DNA of 64,000 nt, from NCBI GenBank assembly GCA_964057225.1, contig OZ059900.1:14818001-14882000 (forward strand). The letters run 5' to 3'. The position numbers were made by a program, and so were the translations under genes. The notes beneath the pieces are model-generated. The model did no database searches and was not told where the DNA came from. It was given only the letters and a program-made list of their open reading frames with translations. Source of the DNA: Auanema rhodensis. Taxonomy: Eukaryota > Animalia > Nematoda. This document shows positions 57,201 through 64,000 of this stretch, piece by piece (the stretch's first letter is position 1; every line of letters begins with the position of its first letter).

Positions 57201-59106
57201 ATTATCTCTTTAATTCGACTTTTGGAAGAAAACAAAAATAGCATAACATTCAATAACGATGAATCAGAACAAAAACATTCTCCCCGGCCGGGAATTGAAC
57301 CCGGGTCTCGCATGTGACAGACGCGGATACTCACCACTATACTACCGAGGATTGAATTTGCACTTAGAAACTTTCATTAAGAGTGTGAGTTTGAATTAAA
57401 GTAGAAAAATGAAACACTGTCTCTAACATATATTGATTTTTGGCCTACTTTACTCAAAGAGCTAATTGAAGTTTGGTGTTACAATTAACGATTGATTAAC
57501 GCTGATGTTTCAATTTTTTTCATCGTAATTGAGATAGAACACTTAAATTAAATAGAAATGTTTGAAAATTTGAAAAAAAACACAAGCTCAAATCACTTTT
57601 GAAAAAACAGAAAGTTTAAAACAACCCTTTTTCTAATAACTATCTTTTTCATCCGACTTTTGGAAAAAAACAAAAATAGCATAACATTAAATAACGATGA
57701 ATCAGAACAAAAACATTCTCCCCGTCCGGGAATTGAACCCGGGTCTCGCATGTGACAGACGCGGATTCTCACCACTATACTACCGAGGATTGAATTTGCA
57801 CTTAGAAACTTTCATTAAGAGTGTGAGTTTGAAATATAGTAGAAAAATGAAACACTGTCTCTAACATATATTGATTTTTGGCCTACTTTACTCAAAGAGC
57901 TAATTGAAGTTTGGTGTTACAATTAACGATTGATTAACGCTGATGTTTCAATTTTTTTCATCGTAATTGATATAGAACATTTAAATTAAATGGAAATGTT
58001 TAACAATTTAGAAAAAAAACACAAGCTCAAATCACTTTTGAAAAAATAGAAAGTTTAAAACAACCTTTTTTCTAATAATTATCGTCTTTATCCGACTTTT
58101 TGAAGAAAACAAAAATAGCATAACATTCAATAACGATGAATCCGAACAAAAACATTCTCCCCGGCCGGGAATTGAACCCGGGTCTCGCATGTGACAGACG
58201 CGGATTCTCACCACTATACTACCGAGGATTGAATTTGCACTTAGAAACTTTCATTAAGAGTGTGAGTTTGAATTAAAGTAGAAAAATGAAACACTGTCTT
58301 TAACATATATTGATTTTTGGCCTACTTTACTCAAAGAGCTAATTGAAGTTTGGTGTTACAATTAACGATTGATTAACGCTGATGTTTCAATTTTTTTCAT
58401 CGTAATTAAGATAGAACACTTTAATTAAATAGAAATGTTTGAAAATTTGAAAAAAAATCACAAGCTCAAACCACTCTTGAAAAAGCAGAAAGTTTAAAAC
58501 AATCTTTTTTCTAATAATTATCGTCTTTATCCGACTTTTTGAAGAAAACAAAAATAGCATAACATTCAATAACGATGAATCCGAACAAAAACATTCTCCC
58601 CGGCCGGGAATTGAACCCGGGTCTCGCATGTGACAGACGCGGATACTCACCACTATACTACCGAGGATTGAATTTGCACTTAGAAACTTTCATTAAGAGT
58701 GTGAGTTTGAATTAAAGTAGAAAAATGAAACACTGTCTCTAACATATCTTGATTTATGGCCTACTTTACTCAAAGAGCTAATTGAAGTTTGGTGTTAGAA
58801 TGAACAATTGATTAACGCTGACGTTTCAATTTTTTTCATCGTAATTGAGATAGAACATTTAAAATAAATGGAAATGTTTAACAATTTAGAAAAAAAACAC
58901 AAGCTCAAATCACTTTTGAAAAAACAGAAAGTTTAAAACAACCCTTTTTCTAATAATTATCTTTTTCATCCGACTTTTGGAAAAAAACAAAATTAGCATA
59001 ACATTAAATAACGATGAATCAGAACAAAAACATTCTCCCCGTCCGGGAATTGAACCCGGGTCTCGCATGTGACAGACGCAGATACTCACCACTATCCTAC
59101 CGAGGA

Positions 59107-59412
59107 TTGAATTTGCACTTAGAAACTTTCATTAAGAGTGTGAGTTTGAAATATAGTAGAAAAATGAAACACTGTCTCTAACATGTATTGATTTATGGCC
59201 TACTTTACTCAAAGAGCACTTTTGAAAAAATAGAAAGTTTAAAACAACCTTTTTTCTAATAATTATCGTCTTTATCCGACTTTTTGAAGAAAACAAAAAT
59301 AGCATAACATTCAATAACGATGAATCAGAACAAAAACATTCTCCCCGGCCGGGAATTGAACCCGGGTCTCGCATGTGACAGACGCGGATACTCACCACTA
59401 TACTACCGAGGA
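59107..59412 (-). repeat. 306-bp monomer with ~133-bp spacer deletion; consensus tRNA at 59341..59412
   Basis: Junction ctcaaagagc|acttttgaaaa at ~59217. Confidence 0.9.
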
Positions 59413-61533
59413 TTGAATTTGCACTTAGAAACTTTCATTAAGAGTGTGAGTTTGAATTAAAGTAGAAAAATGAAACACTGTCTTTAACATATATTGATTT
59501 TTGGCCTACTTTACTCAAAGAGCTAATTGAAGTTTGGTGTTAGAATGAACAATTGATTAACGCTGACGTTTCAATTTTTTTCATCGTAATTGAGATAGAA
59601 CATTTAAAATAAATGGAAATGTTTAACAATTTAGAAAAAAAACACAAGCTCAAATCACTTTTGAAAAAACAGAAAGTTTAAAACAACCCTTTTTCTAATA
59701 ATTATCTTTTTCATCCGACTTTTGGAAAAAAACAAAATTAGCATAACATTAAATAACGATGAATCAGAACAAAAACATTCTCCCCGTCCGGGAATTGAAC
59801 CCGGGTCTCGCATGTGACAGACGCAGATACTCACCACTATCCTACCGAGGATTGAATTTGCACTTAGAAACTTTCATTAAGAGTGTGAGTTTGAAATATA
59901 GTAGAAAAATGAAACACTGTCTCTAACATGTATTGATTTATGGCCTACTTTACTCAAAGAGCTAATTGAAGTTTGGTGTTAAAATGAACAAATGATTAAC
60001 GCTGACGTTCCATTTTTTTTCATCGCAATTGAGATAGAATACTTAAATTAAATGGAAATGTTTAAAATTTAGAAAATATCACAAGCTCAAATTACTTTTG
60101 AAAAAACAGAAAGTTTAAAACAACCTTTTTTCTAATGATTATCTTTTTTATCCGACTTTCGGAAGAAAACAAAAATAGCATAACATTCAATAACGATGAA
60201 TCAGAACAAAAACATTCTCCCCGGCCGGGAATTTAACCCGGGTCTCGCATGTGACAGACGCGGATACTCACCACTATACTACCGAGGATTGAATTTGCAC
60301 TTAGAAACTTTCATTAAGAGTGTGAGTTTGAATTATAGTAGAAAAATGAAACACTGTTTCTAACATATCTTGATTTATGGCCTACTTTACTCAAAGAGCT
60401 AATTGAAGTTTGGTGTTAGAATGAACAATTGATTAACGCTGACGTTTTAATTTTTTTCATCGTAATTGAGATAGAACATTTAAAATAAATGGAAATGTTT
60501 AACAATTTAGAAAAAAAACACAAGCTCAAATCACTTTTGAACAAACAGAAAGTTTAAAACAGCCCTTTTTCTAATAATTATCTTTTTCATCCGATTTTTG
60601 GAAAAAAACAAAAATAGCATAACATTAAATAACGATGAATCAGAACAAAAAAAATTCTCCCCGTCCGGGAATTGAACCCGGGTCTCGCATGTGACAGACG
60701 CGGATTCTCACCACTATACTACCGAGGATTGAATTCGCACTTAGAAACTTTCATTAAGAGTGTGAGTTTGAATTATAGTAGAAAAATGAAACACTGTCTC
60801 TAACATATCTTGATTTATGGCCTACTTTACTCAAAGAGCTAATTGGATTTGGTGTTAGAATGAACAATTGATTAACGCTGACGTTTCAATTTTTTTCATC
60901 GTAATTGAGATAGAACATTTAAATTAAATGGAAATGTTTAACAATTTAGAAAAAAAACACAAGCTCAAATCACTTTTGAAAAAGCAGAAAGTTTAAAACA
61001 ATCTTTTTTCTAATAATTATCGTCTTTATCCGACTTTTTGAAGAAAACAAAAATAGCATAACATTCAATAACGATGAATCAGAACAAAAACATTCTCCCC
61101 GGCCGGGAATTGAACCCGGGTCTCGCATGTGACAGACGCAGATACTCACCACTATCCTACCGAGGATTGAATTTGCACTTAGAAACTTTCATTAAGAGTG
61201 TGAGTTTGAATTAAAGTAGAAAAATGAAACACTGTCTCTAACATATCTTGATTTATGGCCTACTTTACTCAAAGAGCTAATTGAAGTTTGGTGTTAGAAT
61301 GAACAATTGATTAACGCTGACGTTTCAATTTTTTTCATCGTAATTGAGATAGAACATTTAAAATAAATGGAAATGTTTAACAATTTAGAAAAAAAACACA
61401 AGCTCAAATCACTTTTGAAAAAACAGAAAGTTTAAAACAACCCTTTTTCTAATAATTATCTTTTTCATCCGACTTTTGGAGAAAAACAAAATTAGCATAA
61501 CATTAAATAACGATGAATCAGAACAAAAACATT

Positions 61534-61605
61534 CTCCCCGTCCGGGAATTCAACCCGGGTCTCGCATGTGACAGACGCAGATACTCACCACTATCCTACC
61601 GAGGA
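61534..61605 (-). pseudogene. tRNA-Asp with C56G B-box mutation (plus T11G, C27T, C66A)
   Basis: Plus strand gggaattcaaccc (c at 61551) makes the B box GTTGAATTC. Confidence 0.8.
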
Positions 61606-63723
61606 TTGAATTTGCACTTAGAAACTTTCATTAAGAGTGTGAGTTTGAAATATAGTAGAAAAATGAAACACTGTCTCTAACATGTATTGATTTATGGCCT
61701 ACTTTACTCAAAGAGCTAATTGAAGTTTGGTGTTAAAATGAACAAATGATTAACGCTGACGTTCCATTTTTTTTCATCGCAATTGAGATAGAATACTTAA
61801 ATTAAATGGAAATGTTTAAAATTTAGAAAATATCACAAGCTCAAATTACTTTTGAAAAAACAGAAAGTTTAAAACAACCTTTTTTCTAATGATTATCTTT
61901 TTTATCCGACTTTCGGAAGAAAACAAAAATAGCATAACATTCAATAACGATGAATCAGAACAAAAACATTCTCCCCGGCCGGGAATTTAACCCGGGTCTC
62001 GCATGTGACAGACGCGGATACTCACCACTATACTACCGAGGATTGAATTTGCACTTAGAAACTTTCATTAAGAGTGTGAGTTTGAATTATAGTAGAAAAA
62101 TGAAACACTGTTTCTAACATATCTTGATTTATGGCCTACTTTACTCAAAGAGCTAATTGAAGTTTGGTGTTAGAATGAACAATTGATTAACGCTGACGTT
62201 TTAATTTTTTTCATCGTAATTGAGATAGAACATTTAAAATAAATGGAAATGTTTAACAATTTAGAAAAAAAACACAAGCTCAAATCACTTTTGAAAAAAC
62301 AGAAAGTTTAAAACAGCCCTTTTTCTAATAATTATCTTTTTCATCCGATTTTTGGAAAAAAACAAAAATAGCATAACATTAAATAACGATGAATCAGAAC
62401 AAAAAAAATTCTCCCCGTCCGGGAATTGAACCCGGGTCTCGCATGTGACAGACGCGGATTCTCACCACTATACTACCGAGGATTGAATTCGCACTTAGAA
62501 ACTTTCATTAAGAGTGTGAGTTTGAATTATAGTAGAAAAATGAAACACTGTCTCTAACATATCTTGATTTATGGCCTACTTTACTCAAAGAGCTAATTGG
62601 ATTTGGTGTTAGAATGAACAATTGATTAACGCTGACGTTTCAATTTTTTTCATCGTAATTGAGATAGAACATTTAAATTAAATGGAAATGTTTAACAATT
62701 TAGAAAAAAAACACAAGCTCAAATCACTTTTGAAAAAATAGAAAGTTTAAAACAACCTTTTTTCTAATAATTATCTTTTTTATCCGACTTTCGGAAGAAA
62801 ACAAAAATAGCTTAACATTCAATAACGATGAATCAGAACAAAAACATTCTCCCCGGCCGGGAATTGAACCCGGGTCTCGCATGTGACAGACGCAGATACT
62901 CACCACTATCCTACCGAGGATTGAATTTGCACTTAGAAACTTTCATTAAGAGTGTGAGTTTGAATTAAAGTAGAAAAATGAAACACTGTCTCTAACATAT
63001 ATTGATTTATGGCCTACTTTACTCAAAGAGCTAATTGAAGTTTGGTGTTAAAATGAACAACTGATTAACGCTGACGTTCCATTTTTTTTCATCGTAATTG
63101 AGATAGAACATTTAAATTAAATGGAAATGTTTAAAAATTTAGAAAAAATCACAAGCTCAAATCACTTTTGAAAAAACAGAAAGTTTAAAACAACCTTTTT
63201 TCTAATAATTATCTTTTTAATTCGACTTTTGGAAGAAAACAAAATAGCATAACATTCAATAACGATGAATCAGAACAAAAACATTCTCCCCGGCCGGGAA
63301 TTTAACCCGGGTCTCGCATGTGACAGACGCGGATACTCACCACTATACTACCGAGGATTGAATTTGCACTTAGAAACTTTCATTAAGAGTGTGAGTTTGA
63401 AATATAGTAGAAAAATGAAACACAGTCTCTAACATATATTGATTTATGGCCTACTTTACTCAAAGAGCTAATTGAAGTTTGGTGTTAAAATGAACAATTG
63501 ATTAACGCTGACGTTCCATTTTTTTTCATCGTAATTGAGATAGAACATTTAAATTAAATGGAAATGTTTAAAAATTTAGAAAAAATCACAAGCTGAAATC
63601 ACTTTTGAAAAAACAGAAAGTTTAAAACAACCTTTTTTCTAATAATTATCTCTTTAATTCGACTTTTGGAAGAAAACAAAAATAGCATAACATTCAATAA
63701 CGATGAATCAGAACAAAAACATT

Positions 63724-63795
63724 CTCCCCGGCCGGGAATGGAACCCGGGTCTCGCATGTGACAGACGCGGATACTCACCACTATACTACCGAGGA
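63724..63795 (-). tRNA. trnD-GTC: Last tRNA-Asp(GTC) in the window, A57C variant
   Basis: Plus strand gggaatggaaccc; T loop reads TTCCATT. Confidence 0.65.
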
Positions 63796-64000
63796 TTGAA
63801 TTTGCACTTAGAAACTTTCATTAAGAGTGTGAGTTTGAATTAAAGTAGAAAAATGAAACACTGTCTCTAACATATATTGATTTTTGGCCTACTTTACTCG
63901 AAGAGCTAATTGAAGTTTGGTGTTACAATTAACGATTGATTAACGCTGATGTTTCAATTTTTTTCATCGTAATTAAGATAGAACACTTAAATTAAATAGA

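Larger units (their letters stand above)
1..64000 (-). repeat. Tandem array (tDNA macrosatellite) of ~439-bp monomers, each with one tRNA-Asp(GTC); ~147 copies; runs off both window ends
   Basis: The motif ctccccggccgggaattgaacccgggtctcgcatgtgacagacgcggatactcaccactatactaccgagga recurs every 437-440 bp (473, 912, 1351 ... 63724), except three short units of 323, 323 and 306 bp. For any ORF in the supplied track with high coordinate E, the tRNA spans E-57..E+14. Confidence 0.99.

Noticed and set aside
348-63781. Over 100 near-identical 60-88 aa minus-strand ORFs (MVSIRVCHMRDPGSIPGRGE...)
   Set aside because: They start at a GTG in the tRNA D loop, read through the tRNA and terminator into low-complexity A/T spacer (F/K/I/L-rich), and are freely broken by stops and frameshifts. 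They are shadows of the tRNA repeat, not a peptide family.
33-63795. Anticodon-switched or suppressor tRNA copies hidden in the array
   Set aside because: Every copy read retains plus-strand gtgaca (GTC anticodon); only a C32T change at ~11477 was found.
1-64000. CRISPR-like repeat/spacer or variable-cassette system
   Set aside because: Spacers are ~367-bp homologous copies differing only by SNPs. There are no unique inserts, cas, integrase or recombinase genes, and the tRNA is eukaryotic type.
1-64000. tRNA-derived SINE or other mobile element insertions
   Set aside because: No poly(A) or simple-repeat tail, no target-site duplications and no unique flanks. The tRNA is full length with its own terminator and the arrangement is strictly tandem.

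Overview
The whole 64 kb window is one uninterrupted head-to-tail tandem array of a ~439-bp (437-440 bp) AT-rich monomer, and both array ends lie outside the window. Each monomer carries one 72-nt intronless eukaryotic tRNA-Asp(GTC) gene on the minus strand (consensus TCCTCGGTAGTATAGTGGTGAGTATCCGCGTCTGTCACATGCGAGACCCGGGTTCAATTCCCGGCCGGGGAG). The gene has no encoded CCA, has internal A/B boxes, and is followed 4 nt downstream by a T5 Pol III terminator. By hand count there are 147 copies (first 33..104, last 63724..63795). About 56 match the consensus cloverleaf exactly. The rest belong to a few recurrent variant alleles, many of which break stem pairs or the invariant B-box C56, yet every copy I read keeps the GTC anticodon. 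The array has satellite-like higher-order repeats (2-, 3-, 4- and 5-mers), long-range duplications (offsets 7,904 and 29,611 bp), a left/right allele-domain switch near 37.7-38 kb, and three spacer-deleted monomers. All ORFs in the supplied track are artefacts of reading through the tRNA, and no protein-coding gene is supported. From memory the tRNA looks nematode-type (unverified). Counts are manual and approximate.
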